Positions 1 through 9,268 of a stretch of 62,355 nt of DNA are shown here, one piece after another; position 1 is the stretch's first letter; each line of letters opens with the position of its first letter. The stretch comes from an uncultured delta proteobacterium (lineage in GTDB: Bacteria > Desulfobacterota > Binatia > UBA9968), in NCBI GenBank assembly GCA_963737905.1, contig CAVTUQ010000045.1, positions 1 to 62,355 on the forward strand. Direction: 5' to 3'. Made by a program: the position numbers and the translations under genes. Under the pieces are notes generated by a model that worked only from the letters and a program-made list of their open reading frames with translations, did not search any database and was not told the origin of the DNA.

Positions 1-17
1 CTGAGATGAAGGGCAAA

Positions 18-622
18 TTATGAGTCGGGGAATGTCGCTGACAATTCTCTGAGCCGCTCTTTGGCGTTCTCAAGAATCGCCGCGCCGTCGCCGGGAAGAA
101 GAATGTCGAAATCGAGAGCCAAGAGAGATCTCACGCTCGCGCGCAGGCGCGCGGGATCGTCCACCACTTTTTCCGGAAGTAGCTTGCATCTGCCCGGCGG
201 GTCACCGACCACGGCATCGCCGACGATGAAGATTTTCTGCTCCGGCCAATGGAGCACCACTTCGCCCGGCGACTTGCCCGGTGCGCCAACGACAACCAGG
301 GGGCCGATTTTATCGCCGAGATTTAATTCATCGTCCAGCTCGGCGCCTTCCTTGCGGGCGTGCGGCGCATCCGCCGCATGAATCGCGGTGCGCGCGCCAG
401 TGCGCGCCCGCACCTTGTTCGCCGCCCGCGAATGGTTGCGATTGGTCAACAGAATTCGGCTGACGCCAAGCCGGGCAATCTCTTCGAGATCTCCGGCCGT
501 CGGTTCCACGGGATCGATGCAGAGATTTCCGCCCGCGTGGAGAATCAGATGGCCGTTGAAGTTGTACCCGTGCGGTTCCGAAAACCACGGCCAGGTGAAG
601 ATGCCGTCAGGATCTCGCGCAT
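18..622 (-). CDS. MBL-fold (metallo-beta-lactamase-like) protein with degenerate metal ligands; apparent frameshift near codon 5
   Basis: The frame of ORF 18..509 stays open to ~608 (DGIFTWPWFSEPHGYNFNGHL...CIDP). GGAGG-N6-ATG at 622 (MREI) is out of frame with it by one base. MBL-like motifs: IDP, LTNRNH, PGKSPG, VGDA, LPGDG. Confidence 0.7.
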
Positions 623-670
623 CGCTTACCTCCGTGGGAGTGAGGTCGAAAAGAGAGGACTCGGAGTTTG

Positions 671-746
671 CACCGCGGAGACGCCGAGGTCGCCGAGGGT
701 AGAGTTTGAAATGATAAATCTCTTCGTACTCTGTGCCTCTGCGGTG
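671..746. repeat. REP-like imperfect inverted repeat (CACCGCGGAGACGCCGAG ... CTCTGTGCCTCTGCGGTG)
   Basis: Arms at ~671-688 and ~729-746 are near reverse complements; intergenic. Confidence 0.65.
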
Positions 747-790
747 AATATTCCTTCACAGTAAACCCGGAAGAACCAAAAAAGACAAAC

Positions 791-871
791 CGAGGATGGA
801 AGATCGATGATTAGACCTCGCGATCCTCGATCCTCAATCCTCGATTCTCCATCCTCGATTCTCAATCCTCA
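791..871. repeat. Tandem heptamer array (ATCCTCG-like x7) with a short inverted arm
   Basis: 823-871 reads ATCCTCG ATCCTCA ATCCTCG ATTCTCC ATCCTCG ATTCTCA ATCCTCA; complementary CGAGGAT/GGAAGAT/CGATGAT at 791-811. Confidence 0.85.
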
Positions 872-2451
872 TGGTGTTGGTGCGTATGGCCGCGACCGTG
901 CTCGCTGTGGCGGAAGATCAGCGACTTAATCACCACCGGCACCGCCTTGGCATCGGGAAGCTCCTGGCCGATGTCGACGAAATCAAAATCCCGGAGATCG
1001 ATGCCGTCGATGGAAATAATCCCGGCGCCGGGTAACAACTCGCGTTCAATGATATTGCCCATCAACTTGGCAATATCAGCATCGAAGACCAGCACCAGTG
1101 GCTGGCCTTGATCCACATGTTCTTTCATGGCGCCGACCAGTCCTTCTGCAAGCGTCCGGATCAGCGGATAAGAGGGACCCAATTCCCAGCGAATCGCCAA
1201 CGCTACCGCCCGATCACCGTCCTCAATGTCGTAACGCTGCAATGCTTTGTTGACCGAGGTCTTAATCTCGGTGGAGGTGATTCCCTCGGTCTGCTCAAAT
1301 TCCGGTGTGATGACCTGGAGGTTCCTAAGAGGCAGCAACTCGGGATGAGAAAGATAGATCGTGTTGCCGCTCACCTGTACGGTATATTGCGAAGCTCCGA
1401 TAACCGTCGCGCGAATACGCACTTCGGCCGGCCTTAGAGGAATATTGCCGCCGCCGAGCTTGTTGGCACGCTCGCGCACGCGCCGGCCGAACTGAACTCC
1501 GAGATCACCCAAAGGGCGTTTTTCGTAACCGTAAATGTACTCGGAAACACCGCCCGAGAACATGATCGCGTGGATCCGATCCTTGAACTCGATGTTGGGC
1601 GTAAGCAGCAGATCTTGCACCTGAGGCGAGATTTTTCCCCGCTCCAAGACCTCGAAAAGCGAGTCGCAGAGCACCTGTGAAAATTTCTCTTTATCAGCCT
1701 CGCTCATCGTGCCGCCTAGGCTCAGAGAAATACCAGCTATCTTGGCGATCTTGAGGGCGGTATCTTCCAACCGGTTGATCTTGCCGTTCTCGTCCATTGC
1801 CACCAGGCGCGCGCCCACTTCCAGCGCGCAGGTGTCGATGACCTTTCCTTGCTGGACAATAGCGATCTTGCTCGTTCCACCGCCGACATCGACGTTCATG
1901 ACAGTAAAGTCGCCGCCCTCATGATAGGTCATGTGGACCGCGCCTGAACCGTAAGATGCTAGAATCGCCTCGAGGTTATGCCCCGCTGTGGCGCAGACGA
2001 ATTTCCCGGCTTCAGCCGAGAACAGCGCTGAGATGGCCTCGGCATTTTTCTTTTTTGCTGCTTCGCCGGTAACGATGATCGCGCCGGTGTCGATATCGTT
2101 GGGCGTCAAACCGGACTGGCGGTAGGACTCATGGATGAACTCATTCAATTTGTCGGTATCAATCGTTGTTTTGTCGACGTAAGGAGTAAGCAAGATCGGC
2201 GATTCGTGAATAATTTCGCGCTTCACCACTACAAAGCGGCTGGAAAGCGCGATGCCCTGGCGCCGCAAGGTCAGGCGGGAAAAAATCAGGTGCGACGTGG
2301 ATGAACCGATGTCGATGCCAACCGAGTTGAGGGTGATCCTTTCGGAGCGCCACATCGGATGGTCTTCATCCATGGGCATGCCACCTTCTTCACCAAACTC
2401 GTCTTCGTCCTCTTCATGCAAATACAGGGTTTCGGTTTCGAGATTTTCCAT
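862..2451 (-). CDS. eutA: EutA-like (ethanolamine ammonia-lyase reactivase family) ASKHA ATPase
   Basis: SVGIDIGSSTSHL, AIIVTGEAA, FVCATAGHNLEA.LA..GSGA, NVDVGGGTSK, FSGGVSE, IRATVIGASQYTVQVSG. Start taken at ATG 2451 (MENLET); acidic N-terminus and His-rich C-terminus. Confidence 0.85.
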   Translation of the reverse strand: MENLETETLYLHEEDEDEFGEEGGMPMDEDHPMWRSERITLNSVGIDIGSSTSHLIFSRLTLRRQGIALSSRFVVVKREIIHESPILLTPYVDKTTIDTDKLNEFIHESYRQSGLTPNDIDTGAIIVTGEAAKKKNAEAISALFSAEAGKFVCATAGHNLEAILASYGSGAVHMTYHEGGDFTVMNVDVGGGTSKIAIVQQGKVIDTCALEVGARLVAMDENGKINRLEDTALKIAKIAGISLSLGGTMSEADKEKFSQVLCDSLFEVLERGKISPQVQDLLLTPNIEFKDRIHAIMFSGGVSEYIYGYEKRPLGDLGVQFGRRVRERANKLGGGNIPLRPAEVRIRATVIGASQYTVQVSGNTIYLSHPELLPLRNLQVITPEFEQTEGITSTEIKTSVNKALQRYDIEDGDRAVALAIRWELGPSYPLIRTLAEGLVGAMKEHVDQGQPLVLVFDADIAKLMGNIIERELLPGAGIISIDGIDLRDFDFVDIGQELPDAKAVPVVIKSLIFRHSEHGRGHTHQHHED

Positions 2452-2601
2452 GCGCGTTGTTAGTTCCTTTCGCTTTCTTTTCAACGAGGTAGATCATGTG
2501 TGCATAACACAATAGGGCGCGTCTTTCTACTTGTCATGAGCGATGCCTGCATAGGATAGACAAGCCCTTTATTCAGCGATAATATGACTGGACTGTAAGC
2601 C

Positions 2602-5600
2602 ATGGGCCAGGAAGAATATCAAGAACTCGCGTCGTTCCTGAAGCGATTTATTCGCCGCTTCAAACTTTTCCAAGGGATCGAAGGAATCTGCCTGACGGCA
2701 ACCTGCGCCCTGCTGCTTTTCGCCCTCGGGCCGGGGGTCCAGCAAATCAAAGGTTTTGTTCCCTATGCGCCGCTGGCGTACAGCATCGTGACTGCGGCGG
2801 TGTTGTTGTTTCTTTTCGGTTGGACCGTAATCCGTTTGTGCCGCCGATTCTCTCAAGAACGGGCTGCACTGTATATCGAGCAAAAACAGCCCAAGCTTCG
2901 CAATAATTTGATCAACTCGCTGCAGCTTTACCCTGAGGTCGTCGCCGCCAAGGAAGCCTCTGGTTTTTCAACTTCCATGGTTCTGGCCCTTTTGCGTACC
3001 ACGCGCAAACAGCTCTCAGCGCTGCAGATAGATCAGTTGATCGACACCCGGCGGGTCAAAGCCAGCCTGCGTCTGCTTGCGGCGTTGTTCGTACCGGTCT
3101 TGGCCATGGTTTTATTCAATCCCTCTTGGGTCGGGGAAACTTTTAGCCTGCTCACTCGTCCGCTGGATCATCTGCCGCCGTCCAAGACCGCTATCGAGGT
3201 GAATCCCAAAGGACTCCGGGTCGTACGCGGTTCGCCGGTGACCATTCAGGCCTCCACTTCGGGGGCCATTCCAAAGTCCATCGACCTTATTATTTGGAGC
3301 TCCACCAATGAGCGCGGTGAGCCCAGCACAGAAGAGAAAGTCGCCATGGAAAATTTGGGTGAGGGAAAATTTACCGCGACCCTCAACCGGCTGGGCAAAA
3401 CTCTTCGTTACCGTGTGGCCACGGGTGCCTTTTCCTCCCCGACGTATACAGCCGAAGCGATCGATCCGCCGGAAATCGGCAATGTTCAGATCACCCTTTA
3501 TCCGCCGGCCTATACCGGCCTTGGCTCGGTGGCCCTATCCGGGGGGAATGTCGAAGGCATCAAAGGATCGACCCTCCGAATTGACGCCTTGAGCACCAAG
3601 GAAATCGTCAAAGCCGAGATCGTAATGGAGGATGGCAAGCAATTGCCGCTGAAAATCGACGGCAAGAAGCTACAGGGAAATCTGGTTCTGTTTCAGTCCC
3701 AGCAATACCGGATTTTGGTGCAAGACGCGCTGGGATTTCGCAATTCACCCATCGCCTACGAGTTGAAAGTGAAGCCCGATGGTTTTCCCACCATCGATCT
3801 GCTGCGACCGACGGAGGATCTAGAAGTCAACGGCGACGAAGTCTTGGCATTGGAATACAGCGCGCGGGACGATTTCGGCATCAGTGAAGTCAACCTGGTC
3901 GTCAAAGTAGGAGATCGCGAAGACAAGATTCGGCTCCAAAGGGATGATGCCAGGCGGCTGGTACTGCGGGATCAGTTCAGATGGGATCTCGGCAAACTGC
4001 CGCTAGGCGACGGCGGAGACGAAGCGGTCTTTCACTTGGAAGTGCTGGACAACGACACCATCTCCGGCCCGAAACTCGGCACCTCCCGGGCCCTCCGGCT
4101 GCGGCTCAAGAATCTCAAGGGCGAACATCAACAAGTCGCCGAAATGATCCGGGATCTCAACAACCGCATGGTCAATTCCTTGGCCGATCATCTCGAAACG
4201 CCGCTGCCGGGAGAAAAAGATTTCGAGCGGGCGAAGGAAGCCGAAAAAAAGCTGGAACAAAATCTCGCCGAAGCTTTGAAGCGAACCGAAGAGGTGATGC
4301 AGCGCACCGAAAAAGACCGGATGTCCGACTTTGCCACCTGGACCGATCTTGAGGCTTTGAAACGGAATCTTCAGTTCACCAAAGATGAGCTGCTGAAAAA
4401 ACAAGAGCAGGCTTCGTCCGCGGACGACAAGATGAAGGCCCGCGATGAGATATCGTCTGAATTGGAGCGGATGTCGCTACTTTCCGAAGATATCGGCAAA
4501 CGACTCAAGGCCCAGGAACTGGCGTCGACGGCGCAGGACCTGGCGCGCAGCCAGGAGCGGCTCATGGAGTCGCTGGAGAAACTGCAGAGCGGCGACAAGA
4601 ACATCGATTCGATCATGAAGCAAATCTCCGAGCTGGCCAAAACGTTGGCGGGCCTCCAGCAGGCGCTTTCGCAGCTCGCCCAGCAAATGCCGGATGATTT
4701 TATGAACATGGAGTCGATGCAAAGCCTGGGCTTCAACGAAATGTTCTCGGCTCTGGAAGAAATTCGCAAAAAACTCATGGAGGGCGACATTGAAGGCGCG
4801 CGGCAACTGGCCCGGGAGTTATTCAATCAAATGGCCTCGATGGTAGCGTCGTTGCAAAATTCACAGCGCTCGGCCATGGCCTCGAGCATGGGCCGGATGC
4901 AAGGAGAAATGTCGCGCTCGGCCAGCGAGCTGCAGGAAATCGCTCGTGAGCAGCAAGAAATCTTGATGGGAACCGAGGGGGTCAACAAATCGGCGCTGAG
5001 CGAGCGGGATACCGCGCTCAAGGAAAAGCTCGACCGTTTCTTGGAAAAAGCCAAGAACGAGCTTGGCCAACTGACGGAGCTCTTCCCCGACCGAGAAGGC
5101 CCGGACGATCCCAGCGTGCTCGAGAACCTGGACGATGCCACGATGAATCAGCTGCTCAAGAATCTCATCGCGAAGTTGCTCAACAAAGATTTTCCAGGCT
5201 ACGGCGAGGGGGACGCACTCGCGAAAAAGGAACTGAGTAAAAAACGCACTTCGACCCAGGAACCAAGGGCGCGGCGGGCGGAAAATAGCCTAAAGAGCTT
5301 AAAGTCTGAGCTGGATGCTCTCATGGGCGAGCCTGCTCAAGCCCTCAAAGATTCCGATAAGAAAGATCTCAGGGATCTATCGCATCGGCAAAGCGTCTTG
5401 CGGGAGCGAACCCAAGAGTTGCATGAAAAGCTGGAATCATTGTTCCAGCTCTTTCCATCTCTCGACCCGAAGATCGTCCAGGGCATCGGCGAAGCCGGCA
5501 ATTCTATGGGCAACGCTAAAGATCGCCTCGGCCAGCTCGATTCAAGAGGCGCCGTGCCACCCGAGCGCGACGCGCTGGAGCGACTATCCCAATCGCAGCA

Positions 5601-5916
5601 GCAGATGCAATCCGCCATGCAGCAACTGGCGCAGCGTGGACAACTCGGTAATATGCCGGTCACCCGGCTTTTCCGGCAGGGCCGGTTCCTCCCTTCCGGG
5701 ATGCTTGTCCCGCTTCCGGGTATGCCGCAATTTCCGGAGTTCGACGTTCAGGGCGGTTTTACCGGACTGGACACGGAGAAGTTCCGCCTGCCCGGGAAAG
5801 AAGATTACAAAGCGCCACGCAATTTCCGCGAGGAGATCCTGGAGTCTCTCAAACAAGGGGTCCCGCCGCAAATGAAAGATCAGATCGAGCGTTATTTCAA
5901 AAATCTCTCAGAGTAG
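2602..5916 (+). CDS. DUF4175-like large membrane-anchored protein (N-terminal TM helices, Ig-like beta domains, long Gln/Met-rich coiled coil)
   Basis: 1104 aa ORF with three N-terminal hydrophobic segments, PPAYTGL, YSARDDFGI, DNDTISGPK and a C-terminal VPP..KDQIERYFK motif typical of this family. Confidence 0.75.
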   Translation: MGQEEYQELASFLKRFIRRFKLFQGIEGICLTATCALLLFALGPGVQQIKGFVPYAPLAYSIVTAAVLLFLFGWTVIRLCRRFSQERAALYIEQKQPKLRNNLINSLQLYPEVVAAKEASGFSTSMVLALLRTTRKQLSALQIDQLIDTRRVKASLRLLAALFVPVLAMVLFNPSWVGETFSLLTRPLDHLPPSKTAIEVNPKGLRVVRGSPVTIQASTSGAIPKSIDLIIWSSTNERGEPSTEEKVAMENLGEGKFTATLNRLGKTLRYRVATGAFSSPTYTAEAIDPPEIGNVQITLYPPAYTGLGSVALSGGNVEGIKGSTLRIDALSTKEIVKAEIVMEDGKQLPLKIDGKKLQGNLVLFQSQQYRILVQDALGFRNSPIAYELKVKPDGFPTIDLLRPTEDLEVNGDEVLALEYSARDDFGISEVNLVVKVGDREDKIRLQRDDARRLVLRDQFRWDLGKLPLGDGGDEAVFHLEVLDNDTISGPKLGTSRALRLRLKNLKGEHQQVAEMIRDLNNRMVNSLADHLETPLPGEKDFERAKEAEKKLEQNLAEALKRTEEVMQRTEKDRMSDFATWTDLEALKRNLQFTKDELLKKQEQASSADDKMKARDEISSELERMSLLSEDIGKRLKAQELASTAQDLARSQERLMESLEKLQSGDKNIDSIMKQISELAKTLAGLQQALSQLAQQMPDDFMNMESMQSLGFNEMFSALEEIRKKLMEGDIEGARQLARELFNQMASMVASLQNSQRSAMASSMGRMQGEMSRSASELQEIAREQQEILMGTEGVNKSALSERDTALKEKLDRFLEKAKNELGQLTELFPDREGPDDPSVLENLDDATMNQLLKNLIAKLLNKDFPGYGEGDALAKKELSKKRTSTQEPRARRAENSLKSLKSELDALMGEPAQALKDSDKKDLRDLSHRQSVLRERTQELHEKLESLFQLFPSLDPKIVQGIGEAGNSMGNAKDRLGQLDSRGAVPPERDALERLSQSQQQMQSAMQQLAQRGQLGNMPVTRLFRQGRFLPSGMLVPLPGMPQFPEFDVQGGFTGLDTEKFRLPGKEDYKAPRNFREEILESLKQGVPPQMKDQIERYFKNLSE

Positions 5917-5923
5917 TTACCCC

Positions 5924-7513
5924 TTGAAGTATCCGGTAATTCTTTTCTTCTTTTGGTTCGTCGCCTTCGTTCCGACGTTCAATCTGAATGCGGCCGAAAT
6001 TGAACCCCCATTCAAGCAGGGTGAAGAGCTTCTCGATGGCTGGCACATCGCACAAGCGGAAGAACTCGCCGCGAAGGCGCTCCGCGAAAACCCCAAATCG
6101 GCCGCCGCTCTAGAATTCGATGGCCGGGTGAAGTTCTATCAGGGGAGATATCAAGAGGCGCTTAAGTCCCTGGAACAAGCACTCGCCCTCGACTCCAAGG
6201 ACCAGCGTCGTCAGGGGTGGAAGCTTCTGGCCCAACAGACCCAGGACGTCATCAAAACCCTCAAACGCTTTGAAAGCCCCCACTTCGTTCTATTCCTTGA
6301 CGAGAAGCGCGATGGGATTTTGGCTTCCTACGCCCTCGAAACCCTGGAGAAGAGTTATGAAGCGATCGGCGCGGAGCTAGGCTATTATCCAAAGGAAAAA
6401 GTCCGCGTTGAGATCGCCCCGGATGCGAGCGCCTTCAACGCCATTTCGACACTGTCGCTGCGGGACATCGAGGAAACGGGCGCTGTCGGCATCTGCAAGT
6501 TCAACAAGCTCATGATTATATCCCCGCGGGCGCTGAGCTTCGGCTATCGCTGGGTTGATTCCATGAGTCACGAATACGTTCACTACGCCATCGTTGCGCT
6601 CTCCAACAACGAGGCACCCATCTGGCTGCACGAAGGGATGGCGCGCTTCTATGAAACCCGTTGGCGAAAAGCTGTTCCTCCGAAAGACGCCGCCGAGGAC
6701 TATCTGACGCCGGCCAACCAGACCCTATTGGTTCAGGCGCTGGAGAAAAACCAGTTTGTCGGCTTTAAGAACATGGAGCCGTCTTTGATCCGTCTCGAAA
6801 CCCCGGAGCAGGTGCAGCTTGCTTATGCCGAGGCCGCATCCGCCGTCGATTTTATCAACCAAAGCAAAGGCCGAGCCGGTATCCGCGAGCTGCTCGCCAC
6901 TTTGCACAATCAGCCAACACCCCAAGCCGTCGAGAAGGTTTTTGGCATGTCCTTCGATGTCTTTGAATCTCGCTGGAAGAGTTTTCTCAAGGGTAAGGGT
7001 CTAAAAGAGATCGAAGGGAGCCGGGTCCGCAAGCTTAAAGTCAAGAAGGACCAGCGAGAGGACGAAGAGGCGGTGGAGCTCAAAGAGATTCAATCGGCGG
7101 TCGCGCGCCAACGAACCTACTTGGGCGACCAGATTCTCGGCAAGGGCAGACCGGAGGCCGCAGCCCGCGAATACCAGCGCGCCTTGCAAGCCAGTCCCAA
7201 CTCGCCGATTATTCTCAGTAAACTGGGACGGGTTTTGATCCAGATGAATCGTTTCGACGAAGCGATCGCGCCGCTGAAGAAGGCGCTGGATGTAGACCCA
7301 GATAGCGCCAATAGTTATGTGCAGTTGGGGCGCGTTTACCACGCGACCAAGAATTATCCGGAGGGCCGGAGCGTTCTCGAGGAAGCCGTGCAAATCAATC
7401 CGTTCAACCCCGTTATCTACCGGATGCTTGCCGATATCTATCCAGCCCTGGGAGATCAAGATAAAGCTAAACAGGCGAAGGCAACGCTAGATAAATTGCT
7501 AAGCGCCAAGTGA
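5924..7513 (+). CDS. Secreted TPR protein with a peptidase MA-like (gluzincin) domain
   Basis: Signal peptide; N- and C-terminal TPRs; SHEYVH zinc motif followed by PIWLHEGMA. Confidence 0.8.
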   Translation: MKYPVILFFFWFVAFVPTFNLNAAEIEPPFKQGEELLDGWHIAQAEELAAKALRENPKSAAALEFDGRVKFYQGRYQEALKSLEQALALDSKDQRRQGWKLLAQQTQDVIKTLKRFESPHFVLFLDEKRDGILASYALETLEKSYEAIGAELGYYPKEKVRVEIAPDASAFNAISTLSLRDIEETGAVGICKFNKLMIISPRALSFGYRWVDSMSHEYVHYAIVALSNNEAPIWLHEGMARFYETRWRKAVPPKDAAEDYLTPANQTLLVQALEKNQFVGFKNMEPSLIRLETPEQVQLAYAEAASAVDFINQSKGRAGIRELLATLHNQPTPQAVEKVFGMSFDVFESRWKSFLKGKGLKEIEGSRVRKLKVKKDQREDEEAVELKEIQSAVARQRTYLGDQILGKGRPEAAAREYQRALQASPNSPIILSKLGRVLIQMNRFDEAIAPLKKALDVDPDSANSYVQLGRVYHATKNYPEGRSVLEEAVQINPFNPVIYRMLADIYPALGDQDKAKQAKATLDKLLSAK

Positions 7514-7526
7514 AAAAGGAAACTGG

Positions 7527-8555
7527 ATGGAGTCCACCGAAATTCAGCAACACGAAATCGCGGAAATAGAGGAATTTGCCGACAAGCGCGACACCATGAT
7601 CGGTGAGATTCGCAAGGTGATCGTCGGCCAAGATAGAGTTATCGAAGAGGTCTTGATCGCTCTCTTTGCCAAAGGTCATTGCCTTCTCGTCGGCGTGCCG
7701 GGTTTGGCCAAAACGTTGCTCATCAGCACCTTGGCGGAAATTCTCGACCTGGAGTTCAACCGGATTCAATTTACACCGGACTTGATGCCTTCCGACATCA
7801 CAGGAACGGACATTCTTCAAGAAGATCCGGCCACGGGAAGAAGGCAATTCCAATTCCTGAAGGGACCCATTTTCACCAATATTTTGCTCGCCGACGAAAT
7901 CAATCGGACGCCGCCGAAGACTCAGGCCGCGCTTCTGCAATCGATGCAGGAGTACAAAGTGACCGCGGGCGGAATGACCTATCCGCTGGATCTTCCTTTC
8001 TTTGTTTTGGCGACCCAAAATCCCATCGAACAGGAAGGGACTTACCCCCTTCCTGAGGCCCAACTCGACCGCTTCATGCTTAACATCGAGATCCGCTATC
8101 CCGATTTCGACGACGAAGTGCAGATCGTCATGCGCACAACCTCGGTGGCCAAGCCCATGCCACGCAAGGTCATGGAAGGCCCCACCATCCTACGCTACCA
8201 GGATTTGGTCCGGCGCGTACCGGTATCGCCCTTTGTCATCTCCTACGCCGTGGCCCTGGCACAAAAGTCCCGCCCGCAGAATACAGAGGCTCCACAATTC
8301 ATCAGGGATTACGTCGAATGGGGTGCCGGCCCTCGAGCTTCACAGTATTTGATCCTGGGCGCGAAGGCGCGCACGATTCTCCAGGGCCGCTACGCAGTTT
8401 CGGTGGAAGATATTCAGGCCCTCGCACCCTCGGTGCTGCGCCACCGGATCTTCCCCAACTTCAAGGCGCAAGGCGAAGGATTCTCGTCCCTCGACATCAT
8501 CAGCCGGCTGCTTAGTGAAGTGAAGCCGTCCGAAGACGGCAAGGCCGCACGCTAG
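7527..8555 (+). CDS. moxR: MoxR family AAA+ ATPase
   Basis: GVPGLAKT (Walker A), RIQFTPDLMPSDITG, LLADEINR (Walker B), ATQNPIEQEGTYPLPEAQLDRF. Confidence 0.95.
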   Translation: MESTEIQQHEIAEIEEFADKRDTMIGEIRKVIVGQDRVIEEVLIALFAKGHCLLVGVPGLAKTLLISTLAEILDLEFNRIQFTPDLMPSDITGTDILQEDPATGRRQFQFLKGPIFTNILLADEINRTPPKTQAALLQSMQEYKVTAGGMTYPLDLPFFVLATQNPIEQEGTYPLPEAQLDRFMLNIEIRYPDFDDEVQIVMRTTSVAKPMPRKVMEGPTILRYQDLVRRVPVSPFVISYAVALAQKSRPQNTEAPQFIRDYVEWGAGPRASQYLILGAKARTILQGRYAVSVEDIQALAPSVLRHRIFPNFKAQGEGFSSLDIISRLLSEVKPSEDGKAAR

Positions 8556-8679
8556 CAGTCTACTGAAAAACCCTCATATGCTTCGTTGCGCTCGACCGAT
8601 TTCGCGTCAACGTACAAGAGTACGCCTCCGCTCACCGATCTTCGCGCGCCTCGCCTATGAGTCTTTTTGAGTAGACTGC
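8552..8679 (+). mobile_element. MITE/REP-like element, copy 1 (~125 bp, terminal inverted repeats)
   Basis: GCAGTCTACTGAAAAA (8555-8570) and TTTTTGAGTAGACTGC (8664-8679). Starts at a CTAG that contains the moxR stop; homologous to 19799-19929. Confidence 0.75.
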
Positions 8680-8746
8680 CAGGATTTAAATAGCGGACTC
8701 CTATTGAAAATTAAAATTTGAGATTTGGAGCGCACTGAGAATTCTG

Positions 8747-9253
8747 ATGCCCCTTGGGCGTACACGATCAGAAACCTTCGACGCAATTGAAATCCGCGGC
8801 GGGTCTGAGTTCTTGCTTCGAAGCAAGGAGGCCCTGGAACTCCTTAGACCTACGAGCCGATTTGCGGAGATTCGAAGCAACCTGGGATTAATCCGCCAGG
8901 GCCGCCGCAGCGGCATGAAGGCTTGGGCGGAAGAACCAACCTTCGTCGTCGGCAAGCGCACCTGGAAACATTCCGCTCTTTGGTACGCTGGCGCCATTGC
9001 CCACGACGCCCATCACGCCAAACTCTATGCCGACGCCAAGAGGGCCAAGGGAGGTGAAGAGCCGGACCTGGACTCTTGGACGGGAACTGAAGCAGAGAAG
9101 AAGTGCCTTGCTTTTCAGAGAGCGGTTCTGCTGGAGCTAAAAGCGGACCCAAAAACCATCTCCTACCTCGATGAATGCTGGAAGAATCCGACCTACCAAG
9201 GTCATAACCGAGGCTGGAAAAGCTGGCTAGATTATCTCAAACGGTGGTGGTAA
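8747..9253 (+). CDS. Hypothetical protein with a zincin-like HDxxH motif
   Basis: 168 aa ORF, co-oriented, ends 15 nt before the DUF58 gene; YAGAIAHDAHH followed by a downstream E (TEAEKKC). Start uncertain. Confidence 0.6.
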   Translation: MPLGRTRSETFDAIEIRGGSEFLLRSKEALELLRPTSRFAEIRSNLGLIRQGRRSGMKAWAEEPTFVVGKRTWKHSALWYAGAIAHDAHHAKLYADAKRAKGGEEPDLDSWTGTEAEKKCLAFQRAVLLELKADPKTISYLDECWKNPTYQGHNRGWKSWLDYLKRWW

Positions 9254-9268
9254 AAGTGAATCAACTTC

